From Chloroflexota bacterium (lineage in GTDB: Bacteria; Chloroflexota; Chloroflexia; QHBQ01; JADMIH01): a stretch of DNA of 56,236 nucleotides. The position numbers and the translations under genes were made by a program. Location: NCBI GenBank assembly GCA_027317125.1, contig DAHVFG010000004.1, positions 1-56,236 of the forward strand, read 5' to 3'. The stretch's first letter is position 1, and the number at the start of each line of letters is the position of its first letter. Shown piece by piece: positions 10,723-20,017 of the stretch. Under the pieces are notes generated by a model, which had not been told where the DNA came from, ran no database searches, and was given only the letters and a program-made list of their open reading frames with translations.

Positions 10723-10802
10723 CCGGCAATAATGAGTGAGTGCTGAGTTGGACTACTGCTTACTCAGCACTTGGCCCTCATTGCTTGTAAGGAGATTACT
10801 GT

Positions 10803-12401
10803 ATGGAAGAAGACTATCTGTGGTGGCAAAGAGGTACTATATACCAGATATACCCACGCAGCTTTATGGACGCAAACGGCGACGGCGTGGGCGACCTGCC
10901 CGGCATCCTGGCCCGTATGGATTACCTGCAATGGCTGGGGGTGGACGCTCTCTGGCTTTCACCTATCTATCCTTCGCCAATGGCCGATTTCGGCTACGAT
11001 GTTGCTGATTATAGGGGCATAGAGCCGCTCTTCGGCACGATGGGCGATTTTGATCGCCTGCTGACCGATACTCACCGGCGCGGCATGAAGTTGCTCCTCG
11101 ACCTGGTGCCCAACCACACGTCAGACCTGCACCCCTGGTTTATCGAGTCGCGCGCCAGCCGGGAGAACCCCAGGCGGGATTGGTATATCTGGCGCGAGCC
11201 GTCGCCCAGCGGCGGCCCCCCCAATAACTGGCTCAGCGTATTCGGCGGCAGCGCCTGGCAGTACGATGAGGAGACCGGGCAGTATTACCTTCATTCCTTC
11301 GCCGTGCAGCAGCCGGACCTCAACTGGCGTAACCCCCAGGTTGAAGCCGCCGTTTTCGATGTCATCCGCTTCTGGCTCGATAAGGGCGTTGACGGCTTTC
11401 GTGTGGACGTTATCTACTATTTGATCAAGGACGAGCTTTTCCGCGACAACCCGCCCAACCCTGACTATAAGCCGGGTGAGGACCAGTACAACTCACAGAG
11501 GCAGATATACACCTATAACCGCCCGGAGGTACATGCCATTATCCGGCGCATGCGCGCACTTTTCGACGAGTATGCCGAGCGCGTTATGATAGGTGAGATA
11601 TACCTGCCTGTTGCCGAACTGATGAGCTACTACGGCACGAACAACGACGAGGCGCACCTGCCTTTTAACTTCCAACTTATACTTTTGCCCTGGCGCGCCT
11701 CTGTGATACGCGAGGCGGTGAGGGCATATGAGGCCCGACTGCCTGCGGGTGGCTGGCCCAACTGGGTACTCGGCAACCATGACAACCATCGTATAGCCAC
11801 ACGCGTTGGCCGCGCCCAGGCTCGCGTCGCCGCTATGCTCTTGCTGACGCTGCGCGGCACGCCGACGAGCTACTACGGCGATGAGCTAGCAATGCTAGAT
11901 GTAGAGATTCCGCTTGAGATGGTGCGTGACGTGCAAGAGCTGGGCAAGCCCGGCCTGGGGTTGGGGCGCGACCCTGAGCGCACACCGATGCAATGGGACG
12001 GCAGCGCAAACGCCGGGTTCGCCACAGGCCGACCGTGGCTGCCCATCTCCCCCGACTACGCGCTATACAATGTCGCCACCGAGCAAGAAGACCCAGCTTC
12101 GATGCTTCGCCTCTTCCGCCAACTCCTCGCCCTGCGCCGCTCGTCCCCGGCCTTGAGCACCGGCAGCTACATGGACCTTCCATCGAGCTCGCCAGACGTA
12201 TTCTCCTTCCTGCGCGAGCAAGACGACGAGCGCCTGCTCATAGTGCTCAACTTCAGCCATGAGGCACGCGTCTTCAGCATGGGTGGGGGTTCGGCTGAGG
12301 TCGTCCTCGCCACTGTGCCTGGTCATGGCGGCTTTGTGGAGTTGGCACTCCTTGAGCTTGCTCCCGACGCGGGGCTTATTTTGCGCGTCGGTCAGATGTG
12401 A
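10803..12401 (+). CDS. GH13 alpha-glucosidase / oligo-1,6-glucosidase
   Basis: WWQ..IYQIYPRSF.D.NGDGVGDL, DLVPNHTS, GVDGFRVD (nucleophile), IGE, LGNHD. Confidence 0.93.
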   Translation: MEEDYLWWQRGTIYQIYPRSFMDANGDGVGDLPGILARMDYLQWLGVDALWLSPIYPSPMADFGYDVADYRGIEPLFGTMGDFDRLLTDTHRRGMKLLLDLVPNHTSDLHPWFIESRASRENPRRDWYIWREPSPSGGPPNNWLSVFGGSAWQYDEETGQYYLHSFAVQQPDLNWRNPQVEAAVFDVIRFWLDKGVDGFRVDVIYYLIKDELFRDNPPNPDYKPGEDQYNSQRQIYTYNRPEVHAIIRRMRALFDEYAERVMIGEIYLPVAELMSYYGTNNDEAHLPFNFQLILLPWRASVIREAVRAYEARLPAGGWPNWVLGNHDNHRIATRVGRAQARVAAMLLLTLRGTPTSYYGDELAMLDVEIPLEMVRDVQELGKPGLGLGRDPERTPMQWDGSANAGFATGRPWLPISPDYALYNVATEQEDPASMLRLFRQLLALRRSSPALSTGSYMDLPSSSPDVFSFLREQDDERLLIVLNFSHEARVFSMGGGSAEVVLATVPGHGGFVELALLELAPDAGLILRVGQM

Positions 12402-12508
12402 GCACAGAGGATAGATGTGACTTTAACATGCCCCTTCACGGCCTGTGCGCCCGCCAATGGGCCAAAGTGGTGTATAGTTGGGCTACGATGACCTCAAGGA
12501 CCTAAAGA

Positions 12509-14542
12509 ATGACCCCGCGCAACGATGATATATCAACCATCGAGGAGCTTGATCCGGAGCCTGAGCGGACGGGCGGCCCGCGCTGGTGGCGTTCGCCAGG
12601 GGTGCGTGAACTTGTGCTGGGGTTACTGCTTCTATCTGGAGTGTTCGGCTGGGCAGGGTACTTGTGGTGGCGGGACGCCGACAATAGCAGCAACTATTCA
12701 CAAGCTACGCAGGCTGCAACACTCCAGCGCTGGGACGAGGCGCTGACCCACTACTCGGCTGCAAGCGGCTACAAAGACGCCGATGCACGCGCTGCCGAGG
12801 CTAGAGGGCAAATAAAGGCTCGCGACAGCCAGTACAGGCTGGCCAAAGATTACCAGCAAACCGGCTCTGCTTTGCAGACGCTTCTGGCCGCGCGGGCGGT
12901 GCAGACAATCCAGCCTGATTACAAAGATGTAGCCCAAGTGGCCGCGCAAGCTGAAAGCCAGGTGTACACAGACGCACTTAGCGACACTGTGGTCATGCGC
13001 GCCGAGGCTAGCCCGCCGGGGCTTTATTACAGAGGCCCAGCGGGCTGGGAATATCTGGAAGGGAGCGACCGGTGGAGTAGCGTGCTCAGCATCCCCTTCG
13101 GCGCGTCAAAGAGGCAAAGCATTGTATACGATGTGCCCGGCCCTGACTGGACCCCTCCTGTACCCCTCACCCGGCCTCTCTACGACCCTTACGGCTACAT
13201 CATGCCACAAGGCTCGCCCGACAAGGTTGGCCGCCGCCTGGTCATGGATACTCTCTCCAGCGGCGAACAGCTAGTTGTGAAGCTTCAATTCAGCCCTCTC
13301 GATTACAACTTCTACATTTGCGGGCAGAACGGCGTGTGGGGTCTGCGCTATGATCCGAGCATATCGGAAACGCCAATAGCCAAAGGGATCCTTAACAGCT
13401 TTACCTGGACGTATGAGGAGGTTGGGGGAAAAGTAGCACCTGTAGTGATAGATAGCACAAGGGGCACCGTAGCGGACATCGGGCAAGGTGGGGCAGGGGG
13501 GCACGACATGCTCCTTTTCGCACGACGTATTTCACCGGATAACAAGGCTGCCGGTACTCAGCTGTATCTCGCGGGGGCCGACGGGAGCAACCCGCGTTTT
13601 GTCTACACGACAACGATCCCAATCATCAGCGCGCTTCTGAGCGGGGACGGCAAGCACGCACTTGTGGTGGAAGCTCAGCCTATAGAGGGCATAAATAAAG
13701 CAACGGTGGCGGCCAGCCTCCTTACCCTGGACGGTAGCGTGCCGCCCATAACGCTGCAGAAAGTACCACTGGGCGGCTTCACAGACTCCTCCGGTATGTC
13801 GTCTCTGCTTACAGGCCAACTAAGCATTAGCGGCGTCTTTCTTCAGAAGGGCGCGTTCAAAGGCAAACTGCTACTGGGCTGGGCGAATGGCACACCCGCC
13901 TCGAGCGTCACCGTCTGGCTGCTCGACGTCTCCGACCCCGGTAAGCCGCTGGTCGAGGCGACTATTCCCTACGCCCACACCGGCTCGTTGCCTGTCTTGG
14001 AGGGTATAGACGGCAGCGCGATGCTGCTGTACAACCAGGGCGTACCTGCCGTACCTGTTGGCGATAAATGGCCGGCAGCTAGTTTGCTGGTGCTGCGTGC
14101 CGTCGCAGGGACAAACAAAGTAGAGGCAAGCAGTTACAGCGTGCCTGTGCCCTTGAACGACACAAGCAGTGATAGCACCCCTTACTTTATGAACCCCACC
14201 CTGCGCGGAGCCAACCTTGTTTACAGTGTCGAAACGTTTTCTACCATGCCCGACTCCTCCAGCGTCTACAGCCTGACCCTGCCGGATAAAGCAAGCACGG
14301 GGCAGGTGGGAGAGCCTGGGCAGCCTGTACAAATCTTCAGCCGCACCTGGCCCGCCGGGCGGATTTTTGGGAAGGGCGGTGCGAACTCAGGCGTCGCCGG
14401 ACCAGGCGCCTACGCATACACAGATAACGTGGGCGCTCTGCATGCTCACCAGTATGGTGCGAATGTTGATGTACAGTTGGAGAAAGGCGTAGGCGCTATT
14501 TTTGCACTGAACTCCGACGAGATTTCCGAAATCATGCACTGA
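12509..14542 (+). CDS. Large membrane-anchored hypothetical protein (TPR-like N-terminal helices, beta-rich remainder)
   Basis: Single TM at about residues 33-54, two YKD(A/V) helix-capping motifs, 677-aa ORF. Confidence 0.7.
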   Translation: MTPRNDDISTIEELDPEPERTGGPRWWRSPGVRELVLGLLLLSGVFGWAGYLWWRDADNSSNYSQATQAATLQRWDEALTHYSAASGYKDADARAAEARGQIKARDSQYRLAKDYQQTGSALQTLLAARAVQTIQPDYKDVAQVAAQAESQVYTDALSDTVVMRAEASPPGLYYRGPAGWEYLEGSDRWSSVLSIPFGASKRQSIVYDVPGPDWTPPVPLTRPLYDPYGYIMPQGSPDKVGRRLVMDTLSSGEQLVVKLQFSPLDYNFYICGQNGVWGLRYDPSISETPIAKGILNSFTWTYEEVGGKVAPVVIDSTRGTVADIGQGGAGGHDMLLFARRISPDNKAAGTQLYLAGADGSNPRFVYTTTIPIISALLSGDGKHALVVEAQPIEGINKATVAASLLTLDGSVPPITLQKVPLGGFTDSSGMSSLLTGQLSISGVFLQKGAFKGKLLLGWANGTPASSVTVWLLDVSDPGKPLVEATIPYAHTGSLPVLEGIDGSAMLLYNQGVPAVPVGDKWPAASLLVLRAVAGTNKVEASSYSVPVPLNDTSSDSTPYFMNPTLRGANLVYSVETFSTMPDSSSVYSLTLPDKASTGQVGEPGQPVQIFSRTWPAGRIFGKGGANSGVAGPGAYAYTDNVGALHAHQYGANVDVQLEKGVGAIFALNSDEISEIMH

Positions 14543-14702
14543 TCCGAAGATTGTGCTGGCATGCCGGTACAAGCAAGCGAAGGCCAGAAGCGCACAGCCC
14601 CAGAGAGAGAATCAGCGCTGCTCCGTGCTAAGCCATGCTAACCCAAAGCAACCACTATCCACTGCAATCGCTCATCGTCTGTATGAGCAGAAGGAGACGA
14701 GA

Positions 14703-15662
14703 TTGACCACCAGGGACGAAATACTCTTCCGGCGGCACCCATCGAACCCTATCCTGACTGCCGCCGACTGGCCCTACCCTGCGCATAGTATCTTCAACGC
14801 AGGCGCAACGCTCTTGCGCGATGGCACCACGCTGCTCCTCTGTCGTGTTGAGGAGCGGACCGGCTTCTCCCATCTATGCGCGGCCCGCTCGCGCAACGGC
14901 ATAGACGGCTGGGAGATAGATCCTGAGCCGACCTTTGCCGCCGATCCAGGCAACTATCCCGAAGAGTTATGGGGTGTGGAAGACCCGCGTATCACATATG
15001 TGCCGGAAGTGGGGGAGTACATCCTCACCTACACGGCGTACGGGCCGGCAGGCCCTGGGGTGTCGCTGGCTGCTACAAAGGACTTCCGAACGTTCCGGCG
15101 GCTAGGGGTCGCCATGCGGCCTGAGAACAAGGACGCGGCGCTCTTGCCGAGGCGCATCGGCGGTCGCTGGGCGCTCTTGCACCGCCCTGTGCCGGGGCCG
15201 GAGCCGCATGAGGCAGGAGCGCACCTCTGGCTCTCTTATTCGGGTGACATGCGCCACTGGCAAGACCCTGTTATGGTGCTGGAGGCACGGCAGGGCGGCT
15301 GGTGGGACGCGCGCAAGATAGGGCTTTCTCCACCACCCATCGAAACGCCGGAGGGCTGGCTCCTTATCTATCATGGCGTGCGCACGCCCTGCTCAGGCTG
15401 CATTTACCGCCTTGGCCTTGCGCTGCTAGACCTTGAAAGGCCGGATCGGTGCTTACTACGGGGCGACCGTTGGGTTTTCGGCCCCGAAACGGATTACGAA
15501 CTCCTGGGCGATGTCGGCAATGTCGTCTTTCCGTGTGGCTACACCATTGGGGCAGACGGTGACACGATCAATCTCTACTATGGCGCTGCCGACACCTGCA
15601 TGGCGCTGGCGACCGGCAGCGTTCGCGCTATGTTGGATTGGCTGCACAAGTATGGCGTATGA
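14703..15662 (+). CDS. GH130 family glycosidase/mannoside phosphorylase-like protein
   Basis: NPIL, FNAGA, GVEDPRIT, ENKDAAL, LIYHGV, NVVFPCG, YYGAAD; TTG start after AAGGAG. Confidence 0.88.
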   Translation: MTTRDEILFRRHPSNPILTAADWPYPAHSIFNAGATLLRDGTTLLLCRVEERTGFSHLCAARSRNGIDGWEIDPEPTFAADPGNYPEELWGVEDPRITYVPEVGEYILTYTAYGPAGPGVSLAATKDFRTFRRLGVAMRPENKDAALLPRRIGGRWALLHRPVPGPEPHEAGAHLWLSYSGDMRHWQDPVMVLEARQGGWWDARKIGLSPPPIETPEGWLLIYHGVRTPCSGCIYRLGLALLDLERPDRCLLRGDRWVFGPETDYELLGDVGNVVFPCGYTIGADGDTINLYYGAADTCMALATGSVRAMLDWLHKYGV

Positions 15663-15906
15663 ATTACTTCCCGCTTCGCGCCATTATGAACTCATGTGAC
15701 GCACGATAACAGACGATCTCTCAAGACCACACAATAAAGCGTGTGTCCCTCGGTTTTGTTGTATGGGCCTGAGAGCGGCTGTCGTCTGTATCATTCGCTC
15801 TTGCCTGAGGGTCAAGGGTGTAGGAGTTTGCCTGGCAAGATGCACAGGCTGCTTGAACTACGCAAAGTTGGAAACCCTTCAAAGGGCGATGATAAGCGAA
15901 CCGGCG

Positions 15907-16131
15907 TCAGCCCTCGCCCCGCACCCGCCAGAGGCTATATGCAAGCAGCACCACTATGAATAGCGGCAGCAGCACGGCTCCATAACTACTTATGCTGCCG
16001 CTCGCACTCCCCAGGTAGTGTGTTCCCAGGTAGAGCATCAGCAGGCTGAGCATTACTCCGGCGGCTACCTCGCCTGCGTCGCCGACAATAAAGTCGTACC
16101 AGAAGGCAAAGAATCCTTTGATATAGTTCAT
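15907..16131 (-). CDS. Small membrane protein (74 aa, FFAFWYDFIVGD motif)
   Basis: ATG overlaps the TGA of the upstream gene (ATGA coupling); two TM segments. Confidence 0.7.
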   Translation of the reverse strand: MNYIKGFFAFWYDFIVGDAGEVAAGVMLSLLMLYLGTHYLGSASGSISSYGAVLLPLFIVVLLAYSLWRVRGEG

Positions 16132-16916
16132 GCTTTGCTTGCCACCTTTCCGCCTGCGGCTCTTCTTTGGCGCAGCAGAGTGATTATTGCGCCCGATGTG
16201 ATTGCGTAGAAGACGAGCAGGCCGAGTATAGACAGGTCTTCCCCCGGCCAACTCAATCCGACTCCTTCGCCTGCCCAGAATGTGCCGAAGGTCGTAAGCA
16301 TAATGCCCACGATAAACTTGAGCGTATTCTCAGGTACTCTGCTCAATGGTTGGTGGATAAACAAGGCAACAGCCACTACTGCGACAGCCGCGGCTACTGA
16401 GCCTGCAAGCACCGGAGCAATGTCTCCAGCGCTAATCCCAAATGTAATAATGATAAAGACCACTTCCAGCCCTTCCAGCAGCACGCCCTTGAAGGCCACA
16501 GTAAACGCCGTCCAGTCCATACCGCCTGCGGTCACAGCCTGCGGTTCGGCGCTCAGCTGCTCTACCTCGCGCTGATATATACGGGCTTCATCGTGTAGCT
16601 CCTTCAAGCCCGTGTAGCGCATGACAGCTTTGCGTACCCATTGTAAACCGAAGATCAGAAGCAGCGTGCCAATGACGATTCGCAAGGCATCCAGCGGCAA
16701 GTACTGGAGAGTGGGGCCGAGCACAGCCACAATCGCGGCGAGCGCGACGGCTGCTGTGCCTACTCCGATCCATGTGCTGCGCCAGCCGCGAGTCACCCCC
16801 ACCGCCAGCACTATCGTTACTGCCTCCACCACTTCTACGCCGCTAGCCAGGAAGCCTGATAGGAGGCCTATCCACCAATGTGTAGTCAGTCCCATTAGTC
16901 CCATTGTTTTTGGCAC
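16128..16916 (-). CDS. COG4280-type membrane protein with duplicated ExxE motifs (FTR1/GDT1-like putative metal transporter)
   Basis: VEVVEAVTIV and LEGLEVVFII in repeated halves; LSRVPENTLKF. Confidence 0.75.
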   Translation of the reverse strand: MPKTMGLMGLTTHWWIGLLSGFLASGVEVVEAVTIVLAVGVTRGWRSTWIGVGTAAVALAAIVAVLGPTLQYLPLDALRIVIGTLLLIFGLQWVRKAVMRYTGLKELHDEARIYQREVEQLSAEPQAVTAGGMDWTAFTVAFKGVLLEGLEVVFIIITFGISAGDIAPVLAGSVAAAVAVVAVALFIHQPLSRVPENTLKFIVGIMLTTFGTFWAGEGVGLSWPGEDLSILGLLVFYAITSGAIITLLRQRRAAGGKVASKA

Positions 16917-17040
16917 ACCTTCTGGTCAGTAGCCGGTCTTCGCTTATCCTCTATCCGGCTCCTGATCTCTACTCATAGCCTGTCGCTCAACTGTATATTA
17001 TACGTCCTGTGCGCAGAAGGCACTAGGGTAAGTGAAAGGA

Positions 17041-17304
17041 GTAAATGTTCAGAGTAAGCCATGACCCTGCGGGCCACCATTACGGATGAAAATACGAGTG
17101 ATTTAGCACCCCTCTATACTACTACCCTTCTCATTTTCAGAGGAGTTGGGGTGTAGCAATCTTCTTGGGGTATCCGTGCGGGTGTTGCGCCATCTGCCCT
17201 CACCCCCCTACCACATGCTCCTCTCCCATCATGGGAGAGGGGGCTTTATTGCTGGGGAGTATCGGGGGCATCGCCCTTGCACCCCTATTCGCTTACGTGA
17301 AAGG
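17041..17304. repeat. Two modules of the MITE/REP-like family
   Basis: 17041-17093 is the reverse-complement homolog of 42181-42234. 17132-17205 is the reverse-complement homolog of about 23128-23195, followed by a CTCTCCC/GGGAGAG hairpin. Confidence 0.75.
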
Positions 17305-17372
17305 CAGATGAGGGGCATAAGCAGGAGAGGCACCTGTTGGCGATTGGTAACACTTCAATCGCCGTTGGTCTG

Positions 17373-17837
17373 TCAGGGTCGCCATTCGCGGCGTATCGTG
17401 TCGCGGATGGCGTTATAGCTTTTGCCGCTTTGCACCGCCTCGCCGATCGCCGGGACAAATACGTTGTCGTAAAACTCCTGGCCCATGCGACGCACTACCT
17501 CCTGCTCGAACAATTCGTCAGTTTGTGGTTTGCCGTTGAGCGCGTGCCACTTAGGCTTGTCGGCAGGCTCCTTGCCCCCTTCGGCATGCTCTGTCTCGTG
17601 CTGTTTCGCCGCCGCGCGCGAGAGCATCCCTCCGCCAAAGCTGCGCGACGCCACTACCTTTGCCACCCATAGACCGTACCCTTCGGCTTCGTCGGGCGGC
17701 AGCCCTTCCTGAAGCCCTTTCAGGCGATTATACTCGGCGAAAACATCAAAACGTCGGATAGGCGCTTTTGGCTTGATCAATCTCCCCTCCTGGCGGTTGC
17801 CGATTTCTTCGCTAACTTTGCTGCCAGTCATCTTCAC
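17373..17837 (-). CDS. Hypothetical cytoplasmic protein
   Basis: Globular-looking 154-aa ORF (IRRFDVFAEY...YGLWVAKVVA...YNAIRDTIR). Confidence 0.65.
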   Translation of the reverse strand: MKMTGSKVSEEIGNRQEGRLIKPKAPIRRFDVFAEYNRLKGLQEGLPPDEAEGYGLWVAKVVASRSFGGGMLSRAAAKQHETEHAEGGKEPADKPKWHALNGKPQTDELFEQEVVRRMGQEFYDNVFVPAIGEAVQSGKSYNAIRDTIRREWRP

Positions 17838-18149
17838 AGCTAACGAGCAAGTTCTATTCCAGAAGCTGTATACTCACGGTTTGGCGATTATCTGCTCTTT
17901 GGTATTATCGTGGCCTAGCGTGAGTGGCACGACTTTGTAGCTCCCATTTGTTACATATATGTGCTTGCCAGCCTCAAGCGCTCACTCGCCTCCCGGCTAA
18001 CCCCGTTGACAGGCTACACCCTTAATGCACTCTTAACTTTTCTACATCTCTATTTTAATTCTTAGCTCATACAATGATAAAAGACGACCAGGCAACATCC
18101 AGCAGCCCTATACTTTATCTGTAAAGAGTACTAAAAGGAGAAACCTAGA

Positions 18150-19049
18150 ATGAATATGAAGACAGCACTAGCCACGCTCGGCGCTTCTGTCGTGGCGTCG
18201 GTGATAGCTATTGGCACAGTGGTAATCAATGCCGCGGCGCAAGCGCCCCCCGTTTTACCTACTGCTTCAGCTACAGCGGCACCCACTAACCCGTCAGGGT
18301 CTCAGACAACGCCTGCCCCATCCGGTGGAGCAGAGGCTGGGGTGCATGGCGGCTGGGATGGTCCAGGAGGCGGCAAGCGCGGTTTCGGTCCGGAAGGCTT
18401 TGGGGGTCCTGGGCCGGGCAAAGACGGCTTCACAGTTGATGGAGCTAACCGGCAGATCACTAACGCTACCAGCTTTCTCACCCTCGCCAAAAGCGACTTG
18501 ACATACGCCACCGGCAAGATGGACACAACCAGCATACAAAATTGGCTGACCAGCGCCGATACGCTGCTGAAGGATGCCCAGACGGCTGTAACCGCCACGC
18601 AGTATGAGCGCGCAAGCGAGGATGCGCAGGCCGCGTCGGGCCTCGCCTCAGCAGCCGAGAGCCAGATGGCCCAGGCGCTTGGGGCTGACAAACTTCCTTC
18701 CGCAAGTCAGCGGCCCCAGGGACGACTTGGGCACATACCGAACGATCCGGCTACCGCCAACGCCAGCATAACCCAGGCACAGGCCAGCCGTATTCTCTCC
18801 AACACTTATAACCAACTGGTAGCCCAGAAAGCGCTGATCAAATCAGCCGATGCAACGCCTTATCTCGTAGAAGCGCAAAAGGCATACCAGAGCGCCTATA
18901 CAGCTTACGGCGCGGGCAAGTACAGTGATGCGGTCTCCTCGGCAAAGCTGGCCGAGCAGCTATCCGGCGTAGCCAGGTCTGTGCAGGCGGCGGCGGATGC
19001 TACCGACAGCCCCAATACAGCGGTCCCTGTACCCGCGCCCAACTTCTAA
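18150..19049 (+). CDS. Secreted Ala-rich helical protein with Gly-rich linker
   Basis: Signal peptide ending AAA-Q; RBS AAAAGGAG; upstream of the two-component system. Confidence 0.75.
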   Translation: MNMKTALATLGASVVASVIAIGTVVINAAAQAPPVLPTASATAAPTNPSGSQTTPAPSGGAEAGVHGGWDGPGGGKRGFGPEGFGGPGPGKDGFTVDGANRQITNATSFLTLAKSDLTYATGKMDTTSIQNWLTSADTLLKDAQTAVTATQYERASEDAQAASGLASAAESQMAQALGADKLPSASQRPQGRLGHIPNDPATANASITQAQASRILSNTYNQLVAQKALIKSADATPYLVEAQKAYQSAYTAYGAGKYSDAVSSAKLAEQLSGVARSVQAAADATDSPNTAVPVPAPNF

Positions 19050-19074
19050 ACTACCTCTACACCTTTACTCTTTT

Positions 19075-19104
19075 CACCTCCACCTGGACGCCCAGGTGGA
19101 GGTG
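19075..19104 (+). terminator. Stem-loop downstream of the secreted protein gene
   Basis: CACCTCCACCTGG-ACGC-CCAGGTGGAGGTG, a 13-bp perfect stem. Confidence 0.6.
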
Positions 19105-19297
19105 CATCCGTATGTTGATATTCGTCTCAGAAGGAGGGACGAAGGCCGATGGACGGCGAAGCCCTCAAGGCGCAAATGGCGCACACGGCATAGAGCAGAA
19201 GACACCAGGTCGTCCGCCGTCCAGTGACTAAATTAAGTAGTGTTATACTCTCTACATGAAGTTAGAAGTAGGGAGCGTGTTGAAACAAGGAGCATCT

Positions 19298-20017
19298 ATG
19301 ATGCGCGGCGGTGTGGGCGGTGGCAACACAGGGCTTCCTGTGCGTGTGCTGGTGGTGGATGACGAAGAGTTGATAGTTGAGATCTTGAGCATGGGTCTCA
19401 ACTACGAAGGCTTTCAAGTGAGTGTAGCGCGAGACGGGTTCAGTGCGCTGGAAGAGGTGCGCGCTTATAAACCGGACCTTGTGATCCTTGATGTCATGCT
19501 TCCAGGCATCGACGGAGTAGAGGTGTGCAAGCGGCTACGCGCCGGCAGTGACGTGGGCATTCTTATGCTCACAGCGCGGGGTGAACTGGAGGACCGTGTA
19601 GCAGGGCTAGATAGCGGGGCCGATGACTATCTGGTGAAGCCCTTTACTTTCAGGGAGCTGCTTGCGAGGGTCGGCGCGATCCTGAGGCGCAAAGGGATCA
19701 ATTTGCAGCAGGCTTTACGTGTTGGCGACGTGGTGTTGGACAGGCAGACGCGCCGTGTTACTCGCGGTGGTAAGATAATCGACCTTACCCTTCGCGAGTT
19801 CGAGATGCTGGAGCTTTTTCTCATGCACCCGCGACAGGTATTCCCCCGCGAAGTTATTCTAAATCGCGTCTGGGGGTACGACTACATGGGTGACACAAAT
19901 GTGATTGACGTACATATAAGGCACCTGCGTGAGAAGCTTGGAGATGATAGCCGGAGCCTGATCCGAAGCGTACGAGGTATCGGCTACAGTCTGGAGCCGC
20001 CTGATGTCACCCGCTAG
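19298..20017 (+). CDS. OmpR/PhoB family response regulator (MprA-like)
   Basis: VVDDE, LDVMLP phosphoacceptor, GADDYLVKPF, NVIDVHIRHLREK, SVRGIGY. Confidence 0.95.
   Translation: MMRGGVGGGNTGLPVRVLVVDDEELIVEILSMGLNYEGFQVSVARDGFSALEEVRAYKPDLVILDVMLPGIDGVEVCKRLRAGSDVGILMLTARGELEDRVAGLDSGADDYLVKPFTFRELLARVGAILRRKGINLQQALRVGDVVLDRQTRRVTRGGKIIDLTLREFEMLELFLMHPRQVFPREVILNRVWGYDYMGDTNVIDVHIRHLREKLGDDSRSLIRSVRGIGYSLEPPDVTR

Noticed and set aside
19225-19242. TGACTAAATTAAGTAGTG as another BlaI-type operator
   Set aside because: The half-site spacing is one base shorter than in the three good copies, and the outer bases mismatch.
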